A stretch of 64,000 nucleotides of DNA, taken from NCBI GenBank assembly GCA_963713285.1, contig CAVQLA010000010.1:7658-71657 (forward strand). Direction: 5' to 3'. Position numbers and translations under genes: made by a program. Below the pieces are notes generated by a model that had not been told where the DNA came from, ran no database searches, and saw nothing but the letters and a program-made list of their open reading frames with translations. Origin of the DNA: an uncultured Chloroflexia bacterium. GTDB lineage: Bacteria; Chloroflexota; Limnocylindria; Limnocylindrales; CSP1-4. Shown piece after piece: positions 44,012 to 53,895 of the stretch (the stretch's first letter is position 1; each line of letters starts with the position of its first letter).

Positions 44012-44194
44012 GTGCGGCATCGTGACGTGGCAGCCTCGCGTCCTCCATGGCGAGGTGGTACTGCCGGCCGTGGGACCCTCGGGGGACGCCGCGTCCGGCG
44101 TGACCACCGGCCATGGGCATCCCGGTGGTCGCGGGAGTAGGCTTGCAGGCGGCGCGGCCCCGAGGCACCCCGCGACCCGCTGGAGGCTCAACCC

Positions 44195-44671
44195 GTGACC
44201 ACCGAGGACGCTCGCACCCAGGTAGATCCGCTCGGCGCACCCCGGTTCGTCCGGATGGTCCGCCGCTTCGATGCGTCGCGGGCGCGCGTCTTCCGGAGCC
44301 TGTCCGACCCCGAGGAGATGGTCCGCTGGTTCGCCGAGGAGGTCCGCGGCTCGATCGCCGCCGGCACCCGGACCACCCTGGTGTTCCCGCACTCGCGCAC
44401 CTGGTGGGACACCGTGACGCTCGAGAACGACGTGCTCTTCGAATTCCGCTGGCCGTGGCTGCGCGGCGACACGCACGAGACGACGTGCCGCATCGAGCTC
44501 GAGCCGCAGGGCTACGGCACGCTTCTCACGCTCACGGACGGCCCGTTCGACCTCCGCATCCCGGGCGTCCTCGAAGCATACGCGGAGGCGTGCGAGGGCT
44601 GGGGCGAGGCGCTCGCCTGGCTCCGCGGCTGGGTCGACTTCTCGGTGGAGCTCCGCGACCGCCGCTACTGA
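44195..44671 (+). CDS. SRPBCC/AHSA1 domain protein
   Basis: RRFDASRARVF..L.DP....WF, F.W, T.LTL, GW...L..L. Confidence 0.8.
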   Translation: MTTEDARTQVDPLGAPRFVRMVRRFDASRARVFRSLSDPEEMVRWFAEEVRGSIAAGTRTTLVFPHSRTWWDTVTLENDVLFEFRWPWLRGDTHETTCRIELEPQGYGTLLTLTDGPFDLRIPGVLEAYAEACEGWGEALAWLRGWVDFSVELRDRRY

Positions 44672-44753
44672 TCGCCAACGGGCGAGCCGGGCGGGGCGAG
44701 GCCCGGGCCGACGCGGGGCCCGGGATCCGCCGAGCCCCGCGTCGTCGCCTCGC

Positions 44754-44795
44754 ACCGCCGCGCCGGGACCCCCTACCGCCGCGCCGGGACCCCTA
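44754..44795. repeat. About 21-bp tandem duplication at the permease stop codon
   Basis: ACCGCCGCGCCGGGACCCC(C)T x2. Confidence 0.7.
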
Positions 44796-46112
44796 CCGCG
44801 CCCGGCCGAACGCCATGACGAGCATGCGCCGGAAGCTTGGTGACTGGCCGTAGAGCAGCACCCCGGCGCTGTAGACGCGACCCGCGGCCCACAGGCAGAC
44901 GACGATCGTCACGACGAGGATCGCCGCCGCGATCGCCACGTCCGTTGCCCCCGCGTCGCCGGCGATGACCCGCGACAGCATCACGTAGGGGCTGGTGAAC
45001 GGGAAGTACGAGAGCACGATCACCCAGCCCGCGTCGGCCGGGATGATCCCGATCGTGGCGTAGACGCCCACGAGGTACGCCAGCGTCCCGACGAGCGACA
45101 TCGGCGCGACGACGTTGTTGACGTCCTCCATCCGCGACACCATCGAGCCCGCCGCCGCGTAGAGCGTCGAGTAGAGCAGGTAGCCCAGGACGAAGAAGAC
45201 CAGGAACGCCCCGAGGACGCCCGGCGTGAGGGCCTGCGGGAGCTCGAGCGACGAGGACGGCGCACCGAAGACGGCCTCGGCGATCACGCCCTGCAGGGCG
45301 AACGCGACGAGGGCCGGCACCGCGGCCGCCAGCAGCTGCACGAGCCCCAGCCCGCCGACGCCGATCACCTTCCCGCCCAGGAGCTGGAACGGCGTGGCGG
45401 CGCTGATGACGATCTCCATCACGCGGCTGCTCTTCTCCTCGGCCGCGCTCGTGGCCACCCACTGGCCGTACAGCACGATCGCGAGCAGCAGGAAGATCAC
45501 GAGCAGCTGGCCGACGACCGCGGCCGCGGCCATCTCCGCAGGCGTCGACGGCTCGCCGGGGCCGGACGGGACCGGCGTCTGGACCTCGACATCGGGTGGC
45601 GCGAAGAGGGTGGCCTGGTCGCCGGGCGCGACGCCGAGCCGGTCGAGCCGATCGGCGACGGCGAGCGAGTAGGACGCCTGGCGCAGGAGCTCGGGCTTTC
45701 GCGTGCCGGCCGGGTCGTTCGAGACGATGATGAACGACAGGTCCGGGCCTGGGTCTCGCGCGATCACGAGGGCCGCGCTCAGGTCGCCGTCGTCGACGGC
45801 GGCGCGCGCTGCCGCCTCGCCGGGGCTGGCGACGACCTCGTAGTCGGTCCCCCCCTCGGTGGCGCTGGCATTGAGCTGCAGGGAGAGCCGGGGCACGGGG
45901 TCGAAGGTGAGAGCGGGGTCGGTGGCGTTGTCCACGACCCCGATCTTCTCGGCGCCCTCGCCCTCCAGCCAGCGGATCCCGATCGGGGCCAGGGCCAGCG
46001 CCGCCCCGGCGACCGCGAGCAGGAGCGTGCCGAAGAGGAACGAGCGGGTGCGGGCCCGGACGAAGAACTCGCGACGGGCGACCGCGATGACGTTGCGCAC
46101 GGTGGCGTTCAT
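44793..46112 (-). CDS. ABC-2 type permease (NatB/YhaP-like)
   Basis: VARREF..R.R...F, EEKSSRVMEI, GKVIG, GY.LY..LYAA.GS, PF.SP. Confidence 0.9.
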   Translation of the reverse strand: MNATVRNVIAVARREFFVRARTRSFLFGTLLLAVAGAALALAPIGIRWLEGEGAEKIGVVDNATDPALTFDPVPRLSLQLNASATEGGTDYEVVASPGEAAARAAVDDGDLSAALVIARDPGPDLSFIIVSNDPAGTRKPELLRQASYSLAVADRLDRLGVAPGDQATLFAPPDVEVQTPVPSGPGEPSTPAEMAAAAVVGQLLVIFLLLAIVLYGQWVATSAAEEKSSRVMEIVISAATPFQLLGGKVIGVGGLGLVQLLAAAVPALVAFALQGVIAEAVFGAPSSSLELPQALTPGVLGAFLVFFVLGYLLYSTLYAAAGSMVSRMEDVNNVVAPMSLVGTLAYLVGVYATIGIIPADAGWVIVLSYFPFTSPYVMLSRVIAGDAGATDVAIAAAILVVTIVVCLWAAGRVYSAGVLLYGQSPSFRRMLVMAFGRAR

Positions 46113-47107
46113 CGCCCGGCCTCCGGGTCCCCCGTCTCACCCGGGGCGTTCGCGTGGGCGGCTCCCGGCGCATCCGGGATGCCGGCCAGCGACACGTCCT
46201 CGCGGGTCGACTTGCCGACGCGCTCCACGAAGATCTGCTCGATCGAGGGATCGGCGATCTCGAAGAGGGTGACCCGCTCGCCGCGGGCGAGCGCGGCCTG
46301 GAGGATCACCTCGGGGTCGGTCGTCCCGACCACCTCCAGCTCGGTGTGGTCGCGGCCGGGGCGCACGACGGCCACGCCCTCGAGGGCCTCCAGCCAGGGG
46401 AGGTCGGGGTCGCCGTCGGTTGCCAGGCGGACCACCTGCTTGCCGGTCGAGCGCTTGACCTCGCGGGTGGGCCCGGAGGCCACCAGGCGGCCGGCGTCGA
46501 TGATCGCGATCGCGTCGCACAGCTCCTCGGCCATGTCCATCTGGTGGGTGCTGAAGATCAGGGTCTTGCCGCGGTCGCGCATCTCGAGGAAGGCCGCCTT
46601 GAGGAGTGCCACGTTCACCGGATCGAGGCCGGTGAACGGCTCGTCCATGATCAGGACCTCGGGGTCGTGGAGGATCGCCGCGATGAACTGGATCTTCTGT
46701 TGGTTGCCCTTGGAGAGCTGCTCGGCGCGCCGGTCGGCGTACTCCGGGACCCGGAAGCGCGCCAGCCAGGCCCGGACCTCCCGCTCGGCGGCCTTGCGCG
46801 GCACGCCGTAGAGGCCGGCGAAGAAGACGAGCTGGTCGAGCACCTTCATGCGGGGGTACAGCCCGCGCTCCTCCGGGAGGTAGCCGAACGTCCGGCGGGG
46901 CAGCTCGGTCGACGGGCGCCCCTTCCAGGTGACCGACCCGGCGTCGGCGCGGAGGATGTCGAGGACGATCCGCATCGCCGTCGTCTTGCCGGCGCCGTTG
47001 GCGCCCAGGAAGCCGAAGACCTGGCCGGGGTCGACGGAGAAGCTGATGCCGTCGAGGGCGCGGACGGTCCCGAAGCTCTTCTGCAGGTCGGTGATGACGA
47101 GGCTCAT
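46109..47107 (-). CDS. ABC transporter ATP-binding protein (NatA/YhaQ-like)
   Basis: GANGAGKTT, GYLPEERGLYP, LSKGNQQK, MDEPFTGLDP, FSTH. Confidence 0.95.
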   Translation of the reverse strand: MSLVITDLQKSFGTVRALDGISFSVDPGQVFGFLGANGAGKTTAMRIVLDILRADAGSVTWKGRPSTELPRRTFGYLPEERGLYPRMKVLDQLVFFAGLYGVPRKAAEREVRAWLARFRVPEYADRRAEQLSKGNQQKIQFIAAILHDPEVLIMDEPFTGLDPVNVALLKAAFLEMRDRGKTLIFSTHQMDMAEELCDAIAIIDAGRLVASGPTREVKRSTGKQVVRLATDGDPDLPWLEALEGVAVVRPGRDHTELEVVGTTDPEVILQAALARGERVTLFEIADPSIEQIFVERVGKSTREDVSLAGIPDAPGAAHANAPGETGDPEAGR

Positions 47108-47273
47108 GGAGCGCGTGGTCCCCCGTGCGTGGTGGCGTCCGGCCAGCGTACCGCCGTCGGTCGGAACTCGTCAGGACCAGTGGACCCGATCTGGAGCGGC
47201 CTCCGACCCGTCCGGGACGCCAGCCGGCCCCCGGGCCCGTCCGAAGCGCCGATCGGCCCCCGCGCCGGGCGCC

Positions 47274-48419
47274 TCAGCCGCGGGTGCCGGCGACCTCGTC
47301 GAGCGTGCGCGAGATGCGGGCCAGGCCCTCGGTGAGCTCCGCGGGAGGCGGCCAGCCGAAGCCGAGTCGGAAGAAGGACCTGGGCCGTTCGAACCAGTGG
47401 CCCGGCCCCACCGCGGTGGCGTGGCGCTCGGTGAGGACCCGGTGGAAGGCGTCCGGATCGACCCCGGCCTCGGCGCGGATCCACGGGAAGCCGACGACGC
47501 CGCCGCGCGGCTCCACCCAGGCGATGCGCGGCTCGCCGGCCAGCCAGGCGCGGACCGTCGCCAGTGCATCCTCGATGTCGGCGAGGATCGCGGGCAGGAG
47601 CTCCGCGCGGCGCTCCAGCGCTCGGGCGGCGATCGCCTCGTCGACGAGCGACCCCGTGATGTGGATCTGCTCCTTGGCCGCGAGGAAGGTGGTCATCAGC
47701 TCGCGGTCGCGCGTCGTCAGCCAGCCGGTGCGGATCCCCGGCAGCCCGTACGTCTTCGACATCCCCGACACGCCGATCGCGCGCGGCGAGAGGGTCGCCG
47801 CGGGCGGGAGCGGCGTGCCGTATGTCATCTCCCGGTAGGTCTCGTCGACCAGGAGCCTCGCCGACGGGTGCGCCTCCACCAGCGCGACGATGCGGCGCAG
47901 GGTGGCCTCGTCGAGCAGCGCGCCGGTGGGGTTGTGCGGGTTGGTGATGGACACCAGGCGCGTCCGGGGCGTCACGAGGGTCGCGATGGCGTCCGGGTCG
48001 GTCGCCCAGCCCTCCTCCGGCTGCAGGTCGAGGATCCGGACGTCCGCCCCGATCGCCCGGGGCGTCTCCAGGTTCGTCGCGTAGTTGGGCCGCACGACGA
48101 CGATCTCGTCGCCGGGCTCGAGCAGCACGGTCGCGACGACGAAGAGCGCCCCCGCGGCGCCCACGGTGGCCAGGGCGTCGTCCGGGGCCAGCGGGACGGC
48201 ATCGGGAGGGAGCGGCCGTCCCCCGTCGGCGGCGACCAGCTCGCGGAGCGCCGGCATGCCGCGGTGGTCGCCGTAGCGGAGCAGGAGGCCGCGGAGATCG
48301 ACGCCGAGGTCGTCGAGGCTGGCGTCGGCGATCGAGCTCTCGGCGAGGTTGCAGGCGATCGCGCCGTACCCGGTCTCCTCGGGTGACTCGACCTCGATCG
48401 GCATGCGGCGATAGCGCAT
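47274..48419 (-). CDS. Class I/II PLP-dependent aminotransferase
   Basis: PNY, TNPHNPTG, DETY, SKTYGLPGIRTGW, FRLGFG. Confidence 0.92.
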   Translation of the reverse strand: MRYRRMPIEVESPEETGYGAIACNLAESSIADASLDDLGVDLRGLLLRYGDHRGMPALRELVAADGGRPLPPDAVPLAPDDALATVGAAGALFVVATVLLEPGDEIVVVRPNYATNLETPRAIGADVRILDLQPEEGWATDPDAIATLVTPRTRLVSITNPHNPTGALLDEATLRRIVALVEAHPSARLLVDETYREMTYGTPLPPAATLSPRAIGVSGMSKTYGLPGIRTGWLTTRDRELMTTFLAAKEQIHITGSLVDEAIAARALERRAELLPAILADIEDALATVRAWLAGEPRIAWVEPRGGVVGFPWIRAEAGVDPDAFHRVLTERHATAVGPGHWFERPRSFFRLGFGWPPPAELTEGLARISRTLDEVAGTRG

Positions 48420-48598
48420 CCCCGAATGCTACGCGCTGGGCCGGCAGGCGGGTTCGCGGCCGCCTTGGCGAAGCCGTACCCTGCAGGTCCCACGCCGGCG
48501 ATGGCGGGCGGACTGGCGATGGCGAGCGGCCGGCCGTGGCGGGCGGCCTGCCGTGGCGAGATGGATCGGGCGGCGATGAGCCGAACACGGAGCTGCGC

Positions 48599-49405
48599 AT
48601 GATGGACCTGCCCGGCGGGAACCCGGGAGGCGACGGAACGACGCGGAGCGAGCCGGCCGGCGCGCCCGCGGGCGTCCACGAGCCGGCGGCGGCAGGCGAG
48701 CCCGCCGGCGAGCCGCCGGCCCCGGTGTCGGGTGCCGGCGACCCGGCCACGCGGTCCGGGTCGTGGCTCGCCGGGCTGGATCCGCGCGGCTGGCGGACGA
48801 CGATCGTCGCCGGCGCCCTCATGTTCGGCGTCGTCTTCGGCGTCAACCTCGTCAACGCCGCCGTCCCGTTGCCGGACGACCCGGCGCTCGTCGACCCCGG
48901 GGACGCCCTTCCCGTGGGGCCGACCTCCGCGCCCGGCCAGCCGACGAGCCCGCCGGTCGCGCCCGGGCCGGTGGAGCCGGGGGCCGGCGTGGCGATCGGG
49001 TCGGGCGTCGTGGCGTACCCGCCCGCCGGGTGGACGGTGGTCGGCTCCGAGCCGGGGCAGGTGGTCCTGCAGAAGGGCGGGGCGGTCATGATCATCGGCG
49101 CGCTCCCGTGGACCGATTCGCCCCTGGAGCTCGCGACGGCCTATCGCGACGCGTTCTTCGCGACGGGCGAGCTCACCGCCAACGAGCCGGAGACCGGCGA
49201 GATGGGGGACGGCATCCCCGCGGTCGGGTTCGGATACACCGGGATCCTCGAGGGCACGTCGGTCGACGGCGCCATGTTCGTGGGGGCGGCGACCGGGACC
49301 GGCGTCGTCGTGAACGTGTTCGGAGCCTCCGGGTCGCTGCGGGGCGTGGGTGACGACGTCGACGAGATCCTCGCCACGATCCAGCTGACGGGAGGCCCAT
49401 CGTGA
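48599..49405 (+). CDS. Single-TM hypothetical protein, translationally coupled to PrsW (start uncertain)
   Basis: Disordered N-terminus, one TM, Pro-rich linker, extracellular domain (PPAGW...ILATIQ). Confidence 0.6.
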   Translation: MMDLPGGNPGGDGTTRSEPAGAPAGVHEPAAAGEPAGEPPAPVSGAGDPATRSGSWLAGLDPRGWRTTIVAGALMFGVVFGVNLVNAAVPLPDDPALVDPGDALPVGPTSAPGQPTSPPVAPGPVEPGAGVAIGSGVVAYPPAGWTVVGSEPGQVVLQKGGAVMIIGALPWTDSPLELATAYRDAFFATGELTANEPETGEMGDGIPAVGFGYTGILEGTSVDGAMFVGAATGTGVVVNVFGASGSLRGVGDDVDEILATIQLTGGPS

Positions 49406-50625
49406 CCGGACGGCCGGGCTTCTTCGGCGAGGGCGTCCCACCGCGGTGGGGCTACCAGACCTCCTTCTGGCAGCGCCGCCAGCCGGCGTTCTGGCTCTTC
49501 GTCGCCACGCTCGTCATGACGGGCTTCGTCGCCCTGGGGCAGCAGCTGGACCTGATCGAGGTTGCCCCGGGGGCCTGGCTCCTCGCGCTGGTCCTGCTCC
49601 TGCCCTACGCGATCCCCGTCCTCCTGGTGATCTACCTGCTGGACCTCTACGAGCGCGAGCCGGTCAGCATCCTGGCGGCTGCCGTCCTGTGGGGCGGCAT
49701 CGCCGCCACCACTCTCTCGATCTACACGAACGCGCCCCTCGCCGAGCTGATCTTCAAGGTCACCGCCGACCCGGTCTTCACCGCGGAGTGGAGCGCAGCG
49801 CTCACGGCGCCCTTCGTCGAGGAGGGCTTCAAGGCGATCGGGGTGATCCTCCTCGTCTCGCTCGCGCGGGCCGAGATGGACGACGTCCTCGACGGCTTCG
49901 TGTGGGGCGCGATGGTCGGCCTGGGCTTCCTGCTCGTGGAGAACGTCTTCTACTTCGTGGGGGCCTTCGTCGAGACCGGCGGCTCGTACGCAGGGCTCTT
50001 CGAGATCTTCCTCATCCGGATCGTCGGCGCCGGCCCGTACAGCCACTTCCTCTACACCGGGCTGATCGGGATGGGCGTCGCCTACTACACGACGCGGGGG
50101 GACGTGCCCAGGGGCCGGCGGGTGGCCGTCGGGGCCGCGCTCGCCGCTGCGGGGGTCGGCGCCCACTTCTTCTGGAACTCGCCGCTGCTCGGCGACCTGC
50201 TCGGCGACGCGGGGGCCCTCGACTGGGCGCTCTACGTGACCGTCAAGGGCCTGCCGATGCTCATCGGGCTGCTGATCCTGGTTCGGCTGGCGCGGCGGCG
50301 GGAGCGAACATGGTTCGAGCGCTTCACGGCAGCCCAGGTGGACGACGGCACGATCACGGCCGAGGAGATGCACGAGCTCGGCAGCCTGCGGCGGCGCTGG
50401 CGGGCTCGCCGCGAGGCGGCCCGGACCGGCGGCGCGGCGGCGGGCCGGCTCAAGGGCCAGGTCCAGCGCCAGCAGATCAACCTCGCGATGGTCGCCAGCC
50501 GGGTCGACCGCGCCGACCACCCCGACCTGCTCCGGCAGCGCGACCTGGTCCGCGCGCTCAAGGCACAGTACGTGGCCGCGACGGCGGGGCTGCCAGGAGC
50601 CGCCGGGCGCGGGGGGCCGGCATGA
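49402..50625 (+). CDS. prsW: PrsW-family intramembrane metalloprotease
   Basis: D.YEREP, APFVEEGFK, DG.V.GA.VGLGF...EN..Y, H..YT, HFFWN. Confidence 0.9.
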   Translation: MTGRPGFFGEGVPPRWGYQTSFWQRRQPAFWLFVATLVMTGFVALGQQLDLIEVAPGAWLLALVLLLPYAIPVLLVIYLLDLYEREPVSILAAAVLWGGIAATTLSIYTNAPLAELIFKVTADPVFTAEWSAALTAPFVEEGFKAIGVILLVSLARAEMDDVLDGFVWGAMVGLGFLLVENVFYFVGAFVETGGSYAGLFEIFLIRIVGAGPYSHFLYTGLIGMGVAYYTTRGDVPRGRRVAVGAALAAAGVGAHFFWNSPLLGDLLGDAGALDWALYVTVKGLPMLIGLLILVRLARRRERTWFERFTAAQVDDGTITAEEMHELGSLRRRWRARREAARTGGAAAGRLKGQVQRQQINLAMVASRVDRADHPDLLRQRDLVRALKAQYVAATAGLPGAAGRGGPA

Positions 50626-50675
50626 CCGCGCCGGCGGGCGCCGCCCGGGCCGGCCGGCCCGGCTAGGATCCACCC

Positions 50676-52427
50676 ATGGACGCGGACGCCCTCATCGAGA
50701 CCATCCGCAACTCCGTCATCGGCGACGACGAGGCCGTCGCCGGCCCCTTCGGGATCCGGCGCGTCACGTACGCCGACTACACGGCCTCCGGCCGCAGCCT
50801 CTCCTTCGTCGAGGACTACCTGCGCGACGCCGTCCTCCCGCTGTACGCCAACACGCACACGGAGAGCTCCGGGACCGGCCTCCAGACGACCCGCTTCCGG
50901 GCAGAGGCGCGGCAGATCGTCAGAGAGGCGGTCGGGGCGACCGACGAGCACGCGGTCATCTTCGTCGGCTCCGGCTCCACCGGTGCCATCGACCGCCTCG
51001 TCCACGTCCTGGGCCTGCGCCTGCCGGAACAGCTCGACGAGCGCTACGAACTCGCCAGCCATGTCCCGGCCGCCGAGCGCCCCATCGTCTTCATCGGGCC
51101 GTACGAGCACCACAGCAACGAGCTGCCCTGGCGGGAGTCGATCGCCGACGTCATCACCATTCCCGAGGACGTCGACGGGCGGATCGACCTCGCGCGCCTG
51201 GAGGCCGAGCTGGTGGCCCACGCCCACCGGCCCCTCAAGATCGGCAGCTTCTCCGCCGCCTCCAACGTCACCGGCATCCTCTCCGACACGCGCGCGATCT
51301 CCGTGCTCCTCCACCGCCACGGGGCGCTCTCGTGCTGGGACTTCGCGGCCTCCGCGCCGTACGTCGACATCGAGATGGCGCCCCGCCGCCCGGTCCCCGA
51401 CGGGGCGGGGCCCGGGGTCACGCCGGACGGGAACGCGGAGCTGGACACGAAGGACGCGATCTTCATCAGCCCCCACAAGCTGATCGGGGGGCCCGGCACG
51501 CCGGGGATCCTCGTGGCCCGGCGCGACCTCTTCCGCAATCGCGTGCCGACGGTGCCGGGCGGCGGCACGGTCGCCTACGTCAACCCCACTGAGCAGGTCT
51601 ACCTCGACGACGTCGAGCACCGCGAGGAGGGAGGCACCCCCGCGATCGTCGAGTCGATCCGGGCCGGCCTCGTCTTCCAGCTGAAGGAGGCCGTCGGCGT
51701 CGAGGCGATCCGCGCCCGCGAGGAGGCCTTCATCCGGCGCGCGATCGACCGCTGGCGGGCGAACCCGGCCCTCGAGATCCTGGGCAACCCGGCACTGCCG
51801 CGCCTCTCGATCGTCTCGTTCGTGGTCCGCCACCGGGAGCGCTACCTGCACCACAACTACGTCGTCGCGCTGCTGAACGACCTGTTCGGGATCCAGGCGC
51901 GCGGCGGCTGCTCGTGCGCCGGGCCCTACGGCCACCGGCTCCTGGGGATCGACCTCGAGCACTCGCACGCCTTCGAGCGCGAGATCGCCCGCGGCTGCGA
52001 GGGGATCAAGCCCGGCTGGGTGCGCGTCAACTTCAACTACTTCATCAGCGAGGCGGTGTTCGACTTCATCGTCGAGGCGGTCGACCTGGTGGCCCGCGAC
52101 GGCTGGCGCCTGCTGCCGCACTACCGCTTCGACCCGGGGAACGGGCTATGGCACCACCGGGCCGGCGCGCCGGAGCCACCGCTCTCGCTCCGCGACATCG
52201 ACTACGCCGACGGCAGGATGCGCTACGCGGCGCATCGCCACCGCGAGCCGGAGACCCGCCTGGCGGCCTACCTGGCCGAAGGCCGGGCGCTGCTCGCTTC
52301 GCCTCCGGCGACGCCGGAAGGGGCAGCGGAACCCCTTGCCGTGGGTGCAGACTTCGAGCACCTGCGCTGGTTCTGGCTCCCGGCAGAAGCCGCGGAGCAC
52401 CTGGTCGCCGGAGGAGGGCTCACCTGA
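50676..52427 (+). CDS. Class V PLP-dependent aminotransferase / cysteine desulfurase-like
   Basis: YADYTASGR, YANTHT, EHHSN, SAASNVTG, DFAA.APY, SPHK, EEGGTP, ARGGCSCAGPYG. Confidence 0.9.
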   Translation: MDADALIETIRNSVIGDDEAVAGPFGIRRVTYADYTASGRSLSFVEDYLRDAVLPLYANTHTESSGTGLQTTRFRAEARQIVREAVGATDEHAVIFVGSGSTGAIDRLVHVLGLRLPEQLDERYELASHVPAAERPIVFIGPYEHHSNELPWRESIADVITIPEDVDGRIDLARLEAELVAHAHRPLKIGSFSAASNVTGILSDTRAISVLLHRHGALSCWDFAASAPYVDIEMAPRRPVPDGAGPGVTPDGNAELDTKDAIFISPHKLIGGPGTPGILVARRDLFRNRVPTVPGGGTVAYVNPTEQVYLDDVEHREEGGTPAIVESIRAGLVFQLKEAVGVEAIRAREEAFIRRAIDRWRANPALEILGNPALPRLSIVSFVVRHRERYLHHNYVVALLNDLFGIQARGGCSCAGPYGHRLLGIDLEHSHAFEREIARGCEGIKPGWVRVNFNYFISEAVFDFIVEAVDLVARDGWRLLPHYRFDPGNGLWHHRAGAPEPPLSLRDIDYADGRMRYAAHRHREPETRLAAYLAEGRALLASPPATPEGAAEPLAVGADFEHLRWFWLPAEAAEHLVAGGGLT

Positions 52428-52720
52428 TGTGCTGTCTCGCCGCCATGCTGGTGCTCCTGGGGCCCAGGATCGGGATCGTGATCTGGTGGCTGGTCGATCC
52501 CGCCCTCTGGAATCGCGCCTTCGACACCTTCATCTGGCCCCTGCTGGGGTTCCTGTTCGTGCCGTGGACGACGCTCGCCTTCGTCGCCGTCTTCACTGGT
52601 GGCGTCGACGGGTTCGACTGGGTCGTGCTTGGCGTCGCCCTGCTGGCCGACATCTTCTCGTACGCCGGCAGCGGCTACACGAACCGCGACAAGATGACGG
52701 GCTACTTCCCAAACTCGTAG
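52427..52720 (+). CDS. Small membrane protein
   Basis: MCC...GPR....WWL...WPLLG.LF.PWTTL; TGATG coupling to the upstream gene. Confidence 0.75.
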   Translation: MCCLAAMLVLLGPRIGIVIWWLVDPALWNRAFDTFIWPLLGFLFVPWTTLAFVAVFTGGVDGFDWVVLGVALLADIFSYAGSGYTNRDKMTGYFPNS

Positions 52721-52751
52721 CTCCGGGCGACGGAGCCGGGGGAGGCTGGGC

Positions 52752-53678
52752 ATGTACCGCAGCTCCACGATGGGCCGGCGGAACGGCCGGTTCCTGGTGC
52801 TGTTCGCCTTCTTCGAGCTGGCGCTCGCCGCCGTCTTCTGGTTCGTCCTGGGCGACGCGGGCCCGGCGGGGGATGGCATGCGCCTCACGGCCGGGATCCT
52901 CGGGCTCGTCGGCGTGGTGATGCTCCTCTTCGGGCTGAGGATGATGCGTGGGGCCGCGAAGAAGGACCGCATCAGCACGGCGGGCGTGGCCGGCACGGGC
53001 ACCATTCTCGGCCTCCGCCAGACCGGCTTGATGGTCAACGAGCAGCCCCAGGTGGAGCTCGAGCTGCTCGTGACGATCCCCGGGCGGTCGCCGTACCCGG
53101 CGAAGGTGAAGGAGATCGTGCCGCTCATCATGCTGAGCCGGCTCCAGGGGACGTTGCCCGTGCGGGTCGACCCCGCGGAGCCCGAGACGATCGTCATCCA
53201 GTGGGACCAGCCGAACCTCTGGCCGGGAGCGGCCGGCGTCGATGCCTCCGGGTACCCGGGGGACCGTTCCGCCTTCGCAGGGGGCGGCGGCGGTCCGGGG
53301 TCCTCTGCCGACGAGACGCTGGCCCAGGTGGCCGCCGCCCTGGCCGGCTCGGGTAGCGGCGCCGCGCCGGTCTTCGGCCAGGCGGCGCAGGCCGGCTACA
53401 CGGTCGAGCAGCTGCGCGCCTACCTGCGTGCCAGCGGCATCTCCGGCACGGCCCGCATCGACCGCCTCGAGGACAGCGGCCAGACGATCGGCGACGAGCG
53501 CCTCTTCACCATGACGACCACGGTCAGCATCCCGGGCCGGCCGCCGTTCACGACGGACCCCTCCGCGGCGATGGTGCCCCTCGAGAAGGTCGGTCGGGTG
53601 GCCGTCGGCGTGGCGCTCCCGGTGAAGGTGGCGCCGAACAACCAGGACATGCTCATGTTCGAGTGGGACCGCATCTGA
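52752..53678 (+). CDS. Membrane protein with two repeated DUF3592-like beta domains
   Basis: 2 TM, then G..GT..I...(T/S)G...IPGR.P...VP...LPV.V.P...WD twice. Confidence 0.65.
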   Translation: MYRSSTMGRRNGRFLVLFAFFELALAAVFWFVLGDAGPAGDGMRLTAGILGLVGVVMLLFGLRMMRGAAKKDRISTAGVAGTGTILGLRQTGLMVNEQPQVELELLVTIPGRSPYPAKVKEIVPLIMLSRLQGTLPVRVDPAEPETIVIQWDQPNLWPGAAGVDASGYPGDRSAFAGGGGGPGSSADETLAQVAAALAGSGSGAAPVFGQAAQAGYTVEQLRAYLRASGISGTARIDRLEDSGQTIGDERLFTMTTTVSIPGRPPFTTDPSAAMVPLEKVGRVAVGVALPVKVAPNNQDMLMFEWDRI

Positions 53679-53895
53679 CCGACCGTGCCGGTCGATACTC
53701 CCCCGATCGGTCCGGTGGAGCCCGAAAGACCGATCGCCGGGCACATTGAGCCGGTCCCCGCCCGAGCCTACCGTTCGGCCCAGTCGGGTCGCTGGGTGTC
53801 GCGATCCGCCGAGCATCGGGCGGCGCGCGCGTCCCGCGCGACCCGCGCCCCACGCGCAACCCGCGTCGCGAGCGTCGCCCGACGGAGAAGGGGCC

